Source: Minisyncoccota bacterium
Lineage (GTDB): Bacteria > Patescibacteriota > Minisyncoccia > UBA6257
Assembly: GCA_028694995.1 (NCBI GenBank)
Contig: JAQVJU010000001.1
Coordinates: forward strand, 15,314-79,313
Direction: 5' to 3'
DNA length: 64,000 nucleotides
The notes beneath the pieces were generated by a model. That model searched no databases, had not been told where the DNA came from, and saw only the letters and a list, made by a program, of their open reading frames with translations. Within the stretch, counting starts at the first letter, position 1; each line of letters begins with the position of its first letter. This document shows, piece after piece, positions 1-8,883 of the stretch. Position numbers and translations under genes: made by a program.

Positions 1-6
1 CTATTA

Positions 7-83
7 GGGCAGTTAGCTCAGCTGGTTAGAGCGCATGACTTACATTCATGAGGTCATAGGTTCGAATCCTATACTGCCCACCA
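7..83 (+). tRNA. tRNA-Val(TAC), CCA encoded
   Basis: Cloverleaf; anticodon arm CATGA-CTTACAT-TCATG; T-loop GGTTCGAATCC; ends ACCA. Confidence 0.95.
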
Positions 84-93
84 GTATTAAACT

Positions 94-141
94 ATGGCAA
101 AAATTAACAAAACGCCAAATGTTTCAATTGAAGATTTATAA
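94..141 (+). pseudogene. Possible C-terminal remnant of an XRE/Cro-type HTH gene (MAKINKTPNVSIEDL)
   Basis: Micro-ORF right after the tRNA 3' end, resembling the 'KIAKALxVSIEDL' tail of XRE regulators; pattern recognition only. Confidence 0.3.
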
Positions 142-155
142 AATAACATGAATTT

Positions 156-572
156 ATGTTAAATAGCGTGCCATTAGTAATTTTAATTATTTCTTTAAGC
201 ATAGCCACACTTGTAATAACTCCACTAATTGCTTCTTTAATTTTGCAATTACTTTCAAGGCTTTTAAAATTTCCAAAAACTGATTTTAAAACAGCACTTT
301 ATTGTAATTTAATTATTCTTGGGATTTTTGTAGCTTGTATTTCCACTATGGATATCTTATTTTTGGATCAAATTGAAAAATTATCATCTCTATTTCTTTT
401 AGTATCATCCCTAATTGCTCTTATCACTGGTAGTTTTGTTATCCATAAATTTTATAATTCATCGGTATTAAAATCATTTTTTGCTCTCCTCTTAACAGGT
501 GTAATTTTGTTTATTGCTTTTACTCTTGTTATAATTATGACAAGTGTGACTATAGCTCTTATAAAACATTAA
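156..572 (+). CDS. Hypothetical membrane protein (about 4 TM)
   Basis: 138-aa ORF with alternating hydrophobic helices. Confidence 0.75.
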   Translation: MLNSVPLVILIISLSIATLVITPLIASLILQLLSRLLKFPKTDFKTALYCNLIILGIFVACISTMDILFLDQIEKLSSLFLLVSSLIALITGSFVIHKFYNSSVLKSFFALLLTGVILFIAFTLVIIMTSVTIALIKH

Positions 573-606
573 AAAGTCGAAAAAATAATTATTAAATTTT
601 AAAATT

Positions 607-1077
607 ATGGAAAACGAACAAGTCAAACAAAAATTCCCAATCGGTATGATATTAATTTTAATTCTTATTGGTTGGGGTGCGATAAATGTGTTACTAGGTG
701 TACGAAAGAACCCAATGTCTCAATTTGGGCCAGTATTACTTACTGGAGCAAGTGCAATAGTTGTTAATTTAATTATTGCAGCAATATTGGGAATAATATT
801 TTATGGAATAATAAAAAGGTTCAAGTGGGCGAGAAAGCTGGCGATTGGTTGGTATATTTTTTCAATGATATTATCGCTAATTAATTTACTATTCTTTTTG
901 GCTAACAAAACTATGTATAATAGTTATTATCAAAAAGTTTTATCGCCTGAAGCATATTCCCTGATGACTCCTGCCATAATAACTGGAACTCTTATATCAA
1001 TAATAGTTTTCGGTTGGATTATTGGACTTATAATAATAATCTATCTTACAAAGAAAAAAGATTTCTTTGTTAACTAA
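607..1077 (+). CDS. Hypothetical membrane protein (about 4 TM)
   Basis: 156-aa hydrophobic ORF with a basic C-terminus. Confidence 0.8.
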   Translation: MENEQVKQKFPIGMILILILIGWGAINVLLGVRKNPMSQFGPVLLTGASAIVVNLIIAAILGIIFYGIIKRFKWARKLAIGWYIFSMILSLINLLFFLANKTMYNSYYQKVLSPEAYSLMTPAIITGTLISIIVFGWIIGLIIIIYLTKKKDFFVN

Positions 1078-1305
1078 ATTTTTTCCGAAAATAATTTATT
1101 ACAAAAGAATAAAATCCTATAGATTTCATGGTGATTGGTTTTAGGCTACGTACCATCAGTTCTGCTCAAAAAAATTCTGATTTTACCAAACAAACACACT
1201 AATAATTGATTTTATTTCAATAATAAGATAGAATAGACAGCACAAACCTTTATAATAAAATAAAAGATTAAATAAAAGTTATCTAAACTTTTTATTTAAC
1301 ATTAA

Positions 1306-1613
1306 GCCGAGGTAGCTCAGTGGTAGAGCGTTTGCCTAAATCTTTGGGCCAATTCATAGTAATATGAATTGCAAACTGGGTGAAATCGGAAAAACCCAAG
1401 TATAATTTTGGGCAATTCCGAGCCAAGCCTATTTAAATTAAATTTAAACAGGAAGGTGTAGAGACTATCTTTTTTAAGAGTAGGGGCAAATAAATATTTG
1501 CTTCAAAGCGCCCAGCCCCTATAAATAGGGTGATGATATAGTCCAAACTCTAAAGTAATTTAGAGAATGTTCGGAAGAGCAAAGCGTCCGGTGTTCGATT
1601 CACCGCCTCGGCA
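1306..1613 (+). tRNA. tRNA-Phe(GAA) split by an intron; exons 1306-1337 and 1574-1613; no CCA
   Basis: Joined exons form a cloverleaf: acceptor GCCGAGG/CCTCGGC, anticodon arm TTTGC-CT|GAAGA-GCAAA, T-arm CGGTG-TTCGATT-CACCG. Confidence 0.93.
1338..1573 (+). ncRNA. Group I self-splicing intron (236 nt, no ORF)
   Basis: Follows exon U33 and ends in G; P1 with U.G at the splice site; P3 CTGGGTG/CGCCCAG; R GAGACTA (1461-1467) and S GATATAGTCC (1535-1544) form P7; GTAA-capped P2 and P9. Confidence 0.92.
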
Positions 1614-1653
1614 CTTTAAAAAACCTTAATAGTGTTTTTTAAGTTTTAATCAT

Positions 1654-2454
1654 ATGACTTTACTGAAAAAAAATAACTCAATTTCATTACCTCTTACTGG
1701 TTCTCTTTTAGAAGGGGTAATTTTAGGAAAAAAAGAAAAATCTTTAATAATAGATCTCTCTCCTTATGGCACTGGCATTATTCAAGGACCAGAATTCCTT
1801 GAATCCAGAGATTATATCAAAAGCCTTTCTTCTGGAGATAAGGTTTTTGTTAAAATCCTTGATTGGAATAATGAAGAAGGTTTTATTGAATTGTCTTTAG
1901 AAAACCTTGAACGAAAGAAATCCTGGGAAACTATAAAAGATTTAAAGAATAAAAATGAAAGTTTTCCTTTTGTAATTCTTGAAGCTAATACTGGAGGCTT
2001 GATGGGAAAAACAGAAAACATTAAAGGGTTTTTACCTGCCTCTCAATTATCAGCTGAACATTATCCTAAGGCTGAAGAAGGAAAAAAATCCGAAATCTTA
2101 GAAAAACTAAAAGCCCTTATTGGTAAAGAAATCCAAGTAAAGGTTTTAGATTTTGACCAGGCAACAAATAAATTAATTCTTTCAGAAAAGCTAGTTGAAA
2201 AAGACAGATTGAAAGATATTATCAAAAACTATCAAGTAGAAGATAAGGTTAAAGTTAAAATTACAAAGATTGTTGATTTTGGTGCTTTTGTAAAATTAGA
2301 AGATTCAGGAATTGACGGTTTGATTCATCTCTCAGAGATTTCAGATCCAACCCCAGAAGACATTAATAAAGTTTTAAAAGAAGGAGAAGTTAAAGAAGCA
2401 AGAATAATCTCTATTGAAAACAATAAAATCTCTTTGTCTTTAAAAAATCTCTAA
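1654..2454 (+). CDS. rpsA: Short ribosomal protein S1-like protein (3 S1 domains)
   Basis: S1 motifs 'GFLPASQL' and 'DFGAFVKL..GIDGLIHLSEI'. Confidence 0.8.
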   Translation: MTLLKKNNSISLPLTGSLLEGVILGKKEKSLIIDLSPYGTGIIQGPEFLESRDYIKSLSSGDKVFVKILDWNNEEGFIELSLENLERKKSWETIKDLKNKNESFPFVILEANTGGLMGKTENIKGFLPASQLSAEHYPKAEEGKKSEILEKLKALIGKEIQVKVLDFDQATNKLILSEKLVEKDRLKDIIKNYQVEDKVKVKITKIVDFGAFVKLEDSGIDGLIHLSEISDPTPEDINKVLKEGEVKEARIISIENNKISLSLKNL

Positions 2455-2471
2455 GTTTCAAATTAGTAAGT

Positions 2472-2500
2472 AAAATCCCAGCTTATTCAGCTGGGATTTT
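2472..2500. terminator. Bidirectional intrinsic terminator
   Basis: AAAATCCCAGCT-TATTC-AGCTGGGATTTT between convergent genes. Confidence 0.8.
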
Positions 2501-2523
2501 AAAATTAAAAGAATAATCCTGTA

Positions 2524-2796
2524 TTATCTTACCGCGTCTTTTAATCCTTTTCCGGCTTTAAATTTAGGAACAGTCATCGCTGGAATTTGGATTTTTTCAC
2601 CGGTTTTAGGATTAACTCCTTGACGAGCTGCTCTTTTTCTAGCAGAAAAAGTGCCAAAACCAGTAACGGTAACAGTATCGCCTGAAACCAAGGCTTTGGT
2701 AATAGTATCTAAGATAGCCTCTAAAGCTTCAGCCGCGTCTTTTTTAGAACAACCTATTTTATTAACAATAGCTTCAATTAATCCTTCTTTTGTCAT
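2524..2796 (-). CDS. hup: DNA-binding protein HU
   Basis: 'GFGTFS..KRAARQGVNPKTGEKIQIPA..VPKFKAGK'. Confidence 0.96.
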   Translation of the reverse strand: MTKEGLIEAIVNKIGCSKKDAAEALEAILDTITKALVSGDTVTVTGFGTFSARKRAARQGVNPKTGEKIQIPAMTVPKFKAGKGLKDAVR

Positions 2797-2850
2797 AATA
2801 TTTATTTTTTACAAATGTTCCTTTTAAATGAAAGTCATTTAAAAGGGGGT

Positions 2851-2857
2851 CGACCTT
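2851..2857 (-). promoter_or_regulatory. AAGGTCG upstream motif followed by a 27-nt hairpin (2820-2846) in the hup leader
   Basis: Same motif upstream of the genes starting at 45916 and 59154. Confidence 0.5.
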
Positions 2858-2929
2858 TTAAGCTAATATTTGACTCTCTTTATTATATCAAAAGAGTTAA
2901 GTAAAGTAAAACCTTTTAGTAAAGGGCTC

Positions 2930-4465
2930 TTATCTCGCTACCTCCACTACCCTGGTTTCCCTAATTACTGTAACTTTTATTTCTCCTGGGAATTTTAAGG
3001 TTTCTTCTAAGCGATTAGCAATTTCCTTAGCCAATTTAATAGCTCCTAAATCATCTATTTTTTCTGGCTGAACAAAAATCCTAACTTCCCTGCCAGCAGA
3101 AATAGCATATACTTTTTCCACTCCTTCATAAGAAGAGGCAATTTCTTCTAAATTAGCTAATCTTTTAAGATAAGCCTCAATTGAGTCTTTTCTAGCTCCA
3201 GGCCTTGAAGCTGAAATTGCATCAGCTGCATTTACAATTGCTGCCTCAATGGTTTCTATGGGATAAGTATCATGATGAGATTGCATTGCTTTAACAATTT
3301 CTTCTGGCATATTATATTTTATCAATATTCTCCTGCCTAATTCTAAATGAGTGCCTTCTATTTCTTGATCCACTGCTTTACCAATATCATGAAGCAAACC
3401 AGCTTTTTTACATATTTCTATATCAGCCCCTAATTCTGAAGCTAAAGCTGCGGCTAATAAAGAAACTTCTATTGAATGAGTAAGAGCATTTTGCCCATAA
3501 CTTGTCCTAAAATTTAATCTCCCTACCAGATAAACTAATTCTTGAGGTAAATCTAAAATACCAACTTCATAAAGCGCATCTTCGCCAGCTTTTTTTATTC
3601 TCTCCCTAACTTCTGTTTGAGCTTCAGCTATCTTTTCTTCAATCTTTGCTGGTTGAATGCGTCCATCTTGAATTAATTTTTCCAAAGCAACCTTAGCTAT
3701 CTCTCTTCTTGCTGAATCAAAACTTGAAAGCACTATGGTGCTTGGAGAATCATCCATTATTAATTCTACTCCAGATAATTTTTCAAAATGACGAATATTC
3801 CTCCCTTCACGACCAATTATCTTTCCTTTAATATCTTCTGAAGATAAATTAATAACACTTGTTGTTACTTCACCAACATTTGAACGACTGTATTTCTGAA
3901 TTGCTCCAATCATTATTTCTTTTGCTTTTTTTTCTATTTCCTCTTGTCTAGAAATCTCTAATTTTTTAAGAGCTTTTAAAACTTCTTCACTGTTTTCCTT
4001 TTCTATTTTTTTCATCAATTCTTCCTTTGCTTCTTTCTGAGTTAATTTTGCAATTTTCTCTAATAAATCTAATTCATTTTTCTGTATTTTTTCTAATTCT
4101 GTTTTCAATAACTGAATTTTCTCATATATCTGTTTATTCTCTTCTTCTTTTTCACTAAGCTCAATATGTCTTTTATCTAATAATTCTTCTCTTTGTAATA
4201 ACCTAGATTCAGTTTTATCTAATAAAGTTTTTCTTGCTTTTTTCTCTTTTTCTGCTTCTTCTAAAACCTGGGTTGCTTTTTCCCTGGCTTCCAGAACAAT
4301 ACTTTTTGCCTCTTCACGAACTTTTTCTATTCGTGTTTTTAATTTTGATTCAATTGATTCAGATGATTTTTGAGCGATTTTCTGACGAATAATATAGCCT
4401 AGAAAACCTCCAATACCTAAGGATACAATGCCAATAAAGACATTAAAAACATTAAAATTAAACAT
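2930..4465 (-). CDS. rny: Ribonuclease Y
   Basis: N-terminal TM, coiled coil, KH domain (KGKIIGREGRNIR), HD domain (LLHDIGKA), SRPGAR. Confidence 0.97.
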   Translation of the reverse strand: MFNFNVFNVFIGIVSLGIGGFLGYIIRQKIAQKSSESIESKLKTRIEKVREEAKSIVLEAREKATQVLEEAEKEKKARKTLLDKTESRLLQREELLDKRHIELSEKEEENKQIYEKIQLLKTELEKIQKNELDLLEKIAKLTQKEAKEELMKKIEKENSEEVLKALKKLEISRQEEIEKKAKEIMIGAIQKYSRSNVGEVTTSVINLSSEDIKGKIIGREGRNIRHFEKLSGVELIMDDSPSTIVLSSFDSARREIAKVALEKLIQDGRIQPAKIEEKIAEAQTEVRERIKKAGEDALYEVGILDLPQELVYLVGRLNFRTSYGQNALTHSIEVSLLAAALASELGADIEICKKAGLLHDIGKAVDQEIEGTHLELGRRILIKYNMPEEIVKAMQSHHDTYPIETIEAAIVNAADAISASRPGARKDSIEAYLKRLANLEEIASSYEGVEKVYAISAGREVRIFVQPEKIDDLGAIKLAKEIANRLEETLKFPGEIKVTVIRETRVVEVAR

Positions 4466-4762
4466 AAGCCATTATTTAAGTTAAGGCCTATTATTCTCTA
4501 TTTTCTTGTTTAATAAATCAATAAATTCCTTTCTCTATCAATTGGCTATTCTTTCATTACTCAGCAATAAAAAACTCCTAAAGCTTGTTTTATTGCTTAA
4601 ACTAAAGAATTGAAAGATAAATAACCAATTAAGAAAGAAAAAGATTAACCTTAGCATTATTTTACAAGAATTATTCTATTAGAGAATTAATAGCGCCAAT
4701 TTAGACTAAAATTCTTTACGAAACATTAAGCCTTGATTTCTGTTATTAGATAAGTGCGGCTT
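4466..4762 (-). ncRNA. Long rod-like structured RNA upstream of rny (leader or 6S-like RNA)
   Basis: Nested inverted segments such as AGCAATAAAA/TTTTATTGCT, CTTTCA/TGAAAG, AATTGG/CCAATT, TTCTTGT/ACAAGAA, ATTCTCTA/TAGAGAAT and AAGCC/GGCTT. Confidence 0.55.
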
Positions 4763-4772
4763 AATTATAATC

Positions 4773-4801
4773 ATTATAGCCAAGAAAATATCTTTTGTCA
4801 A
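4773..4801 (-). promoter_or_regulatory. Consensus sigma70 promoter for the rny leader
   Basis: TTGACA (4801-4796), 17-nt spacer, TATAAT (4778-4773) on the minus strand. Confidence 0.8.
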
Positions 4802-4811
4802 AAATTAGAAA

Positions 4812-6446
4812 ATGAGATATACTAATAGTAATAATTTTAAATTTATGCCTCGTCTTTGTTCAAAAATTTGTTTAATAATTTTAGATGGTTGGGGAATAGG
4901 AGAAAAAAATTTCACTAATGCCATCTATCGAGCTGGCACCCCTAATTTAGATGAAATAAAAAAATACTATCCAATGCTTTCTCTTCAAGCATCTGGCATA
5001 GCTGTTGGCTTGCCATTTAATCGGGCTGGTAATAGCGAAGTAGGCCATCTAACATTAGGCAGCGGTCAAATAATATATCAATATTCTGTTCGAATATCCC
5101 AAAGTATAGAAAACGGATCTTTTTTTCAAAACCCTGCTCTTTTAGAGATAGCCAATCATGTAAAAGAAAATGACAGTACTCTTCATTTAGCTGGGTTATT
5201 AAGTGAAAATATTGTTCATAGTGCATACAACCATTTATTAGCTCTTTTAGATTTAGCTAATTCTTTAAAGATATCTAAGGTTAATCTCCATCTTTTTACT
5301 GATGGCAGAGATTCTCCTCCAAAAAGAGCCTTAGATTTAGTAGCTCAATTAATGAAAGATATGAAAAAAAAGAATGTGGGTAGAATTGCCAGTATTGCTG
5401 GTCGTTTTTACGCTATGGATAGAGATCAAAATTTTAGCCGTATTGCTAAAAGCTATAATATTTTAACTGAGGGCAAAGGCAAGATAATAAAAGATCCACT
5501 TGTTTATCTTAAAGAAAGTTATCAGGAAGGAATTACTGATGAATTTATTGTTCCAGCTATTATTGAAGAAAATCAAGATTCCAATTCTTTAGGATATATA
5601 AAAGAAAACGATGGCATAATATTTTTCAATTTTCGAGAAGAAAGAATGAGGCAATTAGTTGAAGCTCTTACTATGCCTGAATTTAAAGAATTTCCTGTTA
5701 AAAATATCCCTGGATTAAAAATTGCTACCTTTACTGAATACAAAAAAGAATTTCCAGTAAAAGTTGCTTTTCCACCTCAAAAAGTCACTGTTTGTTTATC
5801 ACAAATTCTTTCACAATATGGCAAAAGACAATTCCATTTAGCAGAAACAGAAAAATACGCTCATGTTACCTATTTTTTCAATTGCCTTAAAGAAAAACCC
5901 TTTCCTGGAGAATATTGGGTAATTATTCCTTCTATAAAAACATTGCGTTTAGAAGATTATCCCGCTTTGAAATCACTGGAAATCAGCACTCGCCTTATTC
6001 AAGCTTTTGAAGAAAATATTTATGAATTCATTTTAGTTAATTATGCTAGTCCTGATTTAATTGGCCATACAGGTAATATCAAATCAGGAATAGAATGCGC
6101 TAAAATTATTGACCAGGAAGTGGGGAAAATAATTAAAAAAAGCCTAGACCTTCAATACACTACAATCATTACTGCAGACCATGGAAATCTAGAGAGAATG
6201 ATGAATCCTATTACCGGTGAAATAGAAACAGAACATGATACAAGCTTAGTTCCTTTTTATCTTATTGATTCTCGTTGGAAGCTTTCTGCACCACGAACAG
6301 AAAAAGAAATAGCAGAAATTGAAAGATGGGCTGGAGGCATGCTTGCTGATGTTGCTCCCACTATCTTAGAGCTGTTTGGCTTACCTATTCCTTCAGAAAT
6401 GACTGGCCAAAGTCTATTACCTTTATTAAATATTAAAAAAAGTTAA
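4812..6446 (+). CDS. gpmI: 2,3-bisphosphoglycerate-independent phosphoglycerate mutase (start may be 4845)
   Basis: 'LIILDGWG', 'GNSEVGH', 'DGRDSPP', 'GRFYAMDRD', 'AETEKYAHVTYFFN', 'TADHGN'. Confidence 0.96.
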   Translation: MRYTNSNNFKFMPRLCSKICLIILDGWGIGEKNFTNAIYRAGTPNLDEIKKYYPMLSLQASGIAVGLPFNRAGNSEVGHLTLGSGQIIYQYSVRISQSIENGSFFQNPALLEIANHVKENDSTLHLAGLLSENIVHSAYNHLLALLDLANSLKISKVNLHLFTDGRDSPPKRALDLVAQLMKDMKKKNVGRIASIAGRFYAMDRDQNFSRIAKSYNILTEGKGKIIKDPLVYLKESYQEGITDEFIVPAIIEENQDSNSLGYIKENDGIIFFNFREERMRQLVEALTMPEFKEFPVKNIPGLKIATFTEYKKEFPVKVAFPPQKVTVCLSQILSQYGKRQFHLAETEKYAHVTYFFNCLKEKPFPGEYWVIIPSIKTLRLEDYPALKSLEISTRLIQAFEENIYEFILVNYASPDLIGHTGNIKSGIECAKIIDQEVGKIIKKSLDLQYTTIITADHGNLERMMNPITGEIETEHDTSLVPFYLIDSRWKLSAPRTEKEIAEIERWAGGMLADVAPTILELFGLPIPSEMTGQSLLPLLNIKKS

Positions 6447-6495
6447 TTTTTGACTTTTAAAAATTATTACTGTATACTTTAAAAGTTCTCTTTAA

Positions 6496-6852
6496 ATGAA
6501 TTTTTTTAGAAAAATCTTCTTTGGCATAATCTTCAATTCTTTAGCGATTTTATTATGCCAAGCTCTTTTCAATAATTTACTGAATGATTTCTATTTTCAG
6601 GGAGATTTTTCTCAGTTATTAATATTAGCTTTAGTTATCACGTTAGTTAATTTTTTCATCAAGCCTATCTTAAGACTTATTTTCCTGCCTTTTATTTGGA
6701 TAACGCTTGGACTTTTTTCTTTTGTTATTAATATCATTATCTTAAAGCTAGTCACCTGTTTTACTGCTTCACTTCTAATTCAATTACCTTTAACTTGGTT
6801 TGCTGCTTCAATGATTCTTAGTATCTTTAATTCTTTAATTCATAAATTATGA
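6496..6852 (+). CDS. YvlD/DUF360 (phage holin family 4-like) membrane protein
   Basis: 'VNFFIKPIL..P...ITLGLFSFVIN' signature. Confidence 0.8.
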   Translation: MNFFRKIFFGIIFNSLAILLCQALFNNLLNDFYFQGDFSQLLILALVITLVNFFIKPILRLIFLPFIWITLGLFSFVINIIILKLVTCFTASLLIQLPLTWFAASMILSIFNSLIHKL

Positions 6853-7067
6853 GTCAATCTTTTTTAACCATTCTTCAAATCATTGTTGGTGTTTTATTAA
6901 TTACCTTGGTTCTTCTCCAGCAAAGAGGTAGTGGTATGGGCGCTTTAGGTGGTTTGACTTCTCAGTTTTATGGCACTCGGAGAGGATTAGAAAAAACCAT
7001 TTTCATCTCAACGATTGTTTTAGGCGCTTTATTCATTCTTTTAGCAATTGTTTCTTTTCTGATTTAA
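6849..7067 (+). CDS. secG: Preprotein translocase subunit SecG
   Basis: Two TM helices, 'VLLQQRGSGMG..GG' and 'RRGLEK'. Confidence 0.92.
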   Translation: MSQSFLTILQIIVGVLLITLVLLQQRGSGMGALGGLTSQFYGTRRGLEKTIFISTIVLGALFILLAIVSFLI

Positions 7068-7079
7068 TTCCTTTTTTAA

Positions 7080-8744
7080 ATGAAAAATCTTTTAAAGTCT
7101 TTCTTTAAAAAATGGTTTCTTTTAACATTAAAAGAAAGATTATTCTGTTTTTTGTTTTTAATAATACTCCTTATTGGAATTGTTGTTTTTTTTAGTAACT
7201 TACTTACTCAAATCACTGTTTTAGAGCCAAAAGAAGGAGGCAAGCTTCTTTTTGGAGCCATTGGAATTCCTTCTTATATAAATCCTGTTCTCTCTCAATC
7301 TAATGATTGTGAGCGAGATATTAGTGAATTAATTTATAGCAGTCTTTTTAGTATAGATGGCCAAGGATCTTTAGAGCCAGCATTAGCAGAAAAAGTTGAA
7401 ATTAACGAAGATGGAACTAGTTATACAATTTTCTTAAAAGATAATATCCTCTGGCATGATGGCGTTGAGTTTACAGCTGATGATGTAGTCTTTACCATTG
7501 AAACAATTCAAAATCCAAAAATAAAAAGCCCTTTGAGATTAAGTTGGGAAGGAGTGGTGGTAGAAAAACTCGGAGATAATATTATTCGTTTTAATCTTAA
7601 GAACACTTACCAACCTTTTCTTCAAAATCTCACTTTAAAAATAATTCCCAAGCATGTTTGGGAAGATATTGAACCTAGTTTTTTTAACACTGCAAAATAT
7701 AATCTCACCCCTATAGGAACTGGTCCTTATCTCTTTGATAATATAGAGAAAACCGAAAAAGGAAAGATTGTTAATTATTCCTTAGTGGCCAATGATAAAT
7801 ATTTTAAAAACAAACCCTATATTTCAAAGATAGTTTTCAAATTTTATGATAATTATGATTCAATGAAAAATGGTTTGTTGAAAAAAGAAATTGATGGGTT
7901 CTTCCCTCTCTTAATTGAAGATTTTGATTTTTTTGTTAATAAAAAAAATATTAAAATTAATTCTTTAATTTTAGCCCGATATTATGCTGTCTTTCTTGAT
8001 TTTAATAACCCTCTTTTTAAAAATGAAGATATCCGCCAAGCCTTAGATTTAGCAATTTCTAGAGAAGAACTAACCAAAGAAATATTACAAGAACAAGCTA
8101 TTGCTTTAGGCGGACCAATAACTCCTGGTTTCTTAGGCCCTGAAGCTGAACAAGAATTTAATAAAATACCAGAACATTCTTTAGAAACAGCTAAAAAACT
8201 AATTAATTCTTCAGGGTTAGCAAAAGAAGAACCAATTAGCTTTACTCTTTCTTTACCTCATAATACAGAATTAATTAAAGTAGCTAATTACCTTGTTAAT
8301 AGTTGGGAAAAGATAGGCCTTTCTGTAGAATTACAAATATTACCTTTAGCGACTTTGGAAAAAGAAGTTATTCAACCTCGCTCTTATGAAGCTTTTCTTT
8401 TTGGAGAAATAGTTGGTCAAAATCCTGACTTATACTCATTCTGGCATTCATCTCAAATTACTGATCCTGGACTTAATCTTTCTATGTTTCAAAACAAAGA
8501 ATTAGATAAGTTTTTAGAAATAGCCAGACAAACCTTTAATGAAAAAAAACGTCTTGAAAACTTAAACAATATCCAAACGCTTCTCGCTGAAGAAAAACCA
8601 GCAATTTTCTTATACAATCCATTTTATCTTTATCTCTTACCTCAATCTGTAAAAGGCAATCATATTGAATATGCTAATCTGCCTTCAGAAAAATTCACTG
8701 ATATAGAAAATTGGTACTTATACTCTAAAAGGGTTTTAAAGTAG
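7080..8744 (+). CDS. Peptide ABC transporter substrate-binding protein (family 5)
   Basis: 'WHDGVEFTADDVVFT' and 'PIGTGPY'; N-terminal membrane anchor. Confidence 0.9.
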   Translation: MKNLLKSFFKKWFLLTLKERLFCFLFLIILLIGIVVFFSNLLTQITVLEPKEGGKLLFGAIGIPSYINPVLSQSNDCERDISELIYSSLFSIDGQGSLEPALAEKVEINEDGTSYTIFLKDNILWHDGVEFTADDVVFTIETIQNPKIKSPLRLSWEGVVVEKLGDNIIRFNLKNTYQPFLQNLTLKIIPKHVWEDIEPSFFNTAKYNLTPIGTGPYLFDNIEKTEKGKIVNYSLVANDKYFKNKPYISKIVFKFYDNYDSMKNGLLKKEIDGFFPLLIEDFDFFVNKKNIKINSLILARYYAVFLDFNNPLFKNEDIRQALDLAISREELTKEILQEQAIALGGPITPGFLGPEAEQEFNKIPEHSLETAKKLINSSGLAKEEPISFTLSLPHNTELIKVANYLVNSWEKIGLSVELQILPLATLEKEVIQPRSYEAFLFGEIVGQNPDLYSFWHSSQITDPGLNLSMFQNKELDKFLEIARQTFNEKKRLENLNNIQTLLAEEKPAIFLYNPFYLYLLPQSVKGNHIEYANLPSEKFTDIENWYLYSKRVLK

Positions 8745-8759
8745 TTTTCTATTAAAACC

Positions 8760-8843
8760 GCCTTGATGGCGAAATTGGTATACGCGCTAGCTTCAGGTGC
8801 TAGTTCCCGCAAGGGATTGGGAGTTCGAATCTCCCTCAAGGCA
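8760..8843 (+). tRNA. tRNA-Leu(CAG), no CCA
   Basis: Anticodon arm CTAGC-TTCAGGT-GCTAG; long variable arm. Confidence 0.93.
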
Positions 8844-8883
8844 CTAAACAATTTTTAAAATAGTAAAATTAAATAATAAAAAG

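Noticed and set aside
6496-6852. Holin-family gene as evidence of a prophage
   Set aside because: It sits in a housekeeping run (gpmI to secG) with no phage genes nearby.
8660-8851. Short ORFs over tRNAs (8660-8851, 20868-21062, 20975-21166, 55233-55469)
   Set aside because: They are translations of tRNA sequence or its complement, with no protein features.
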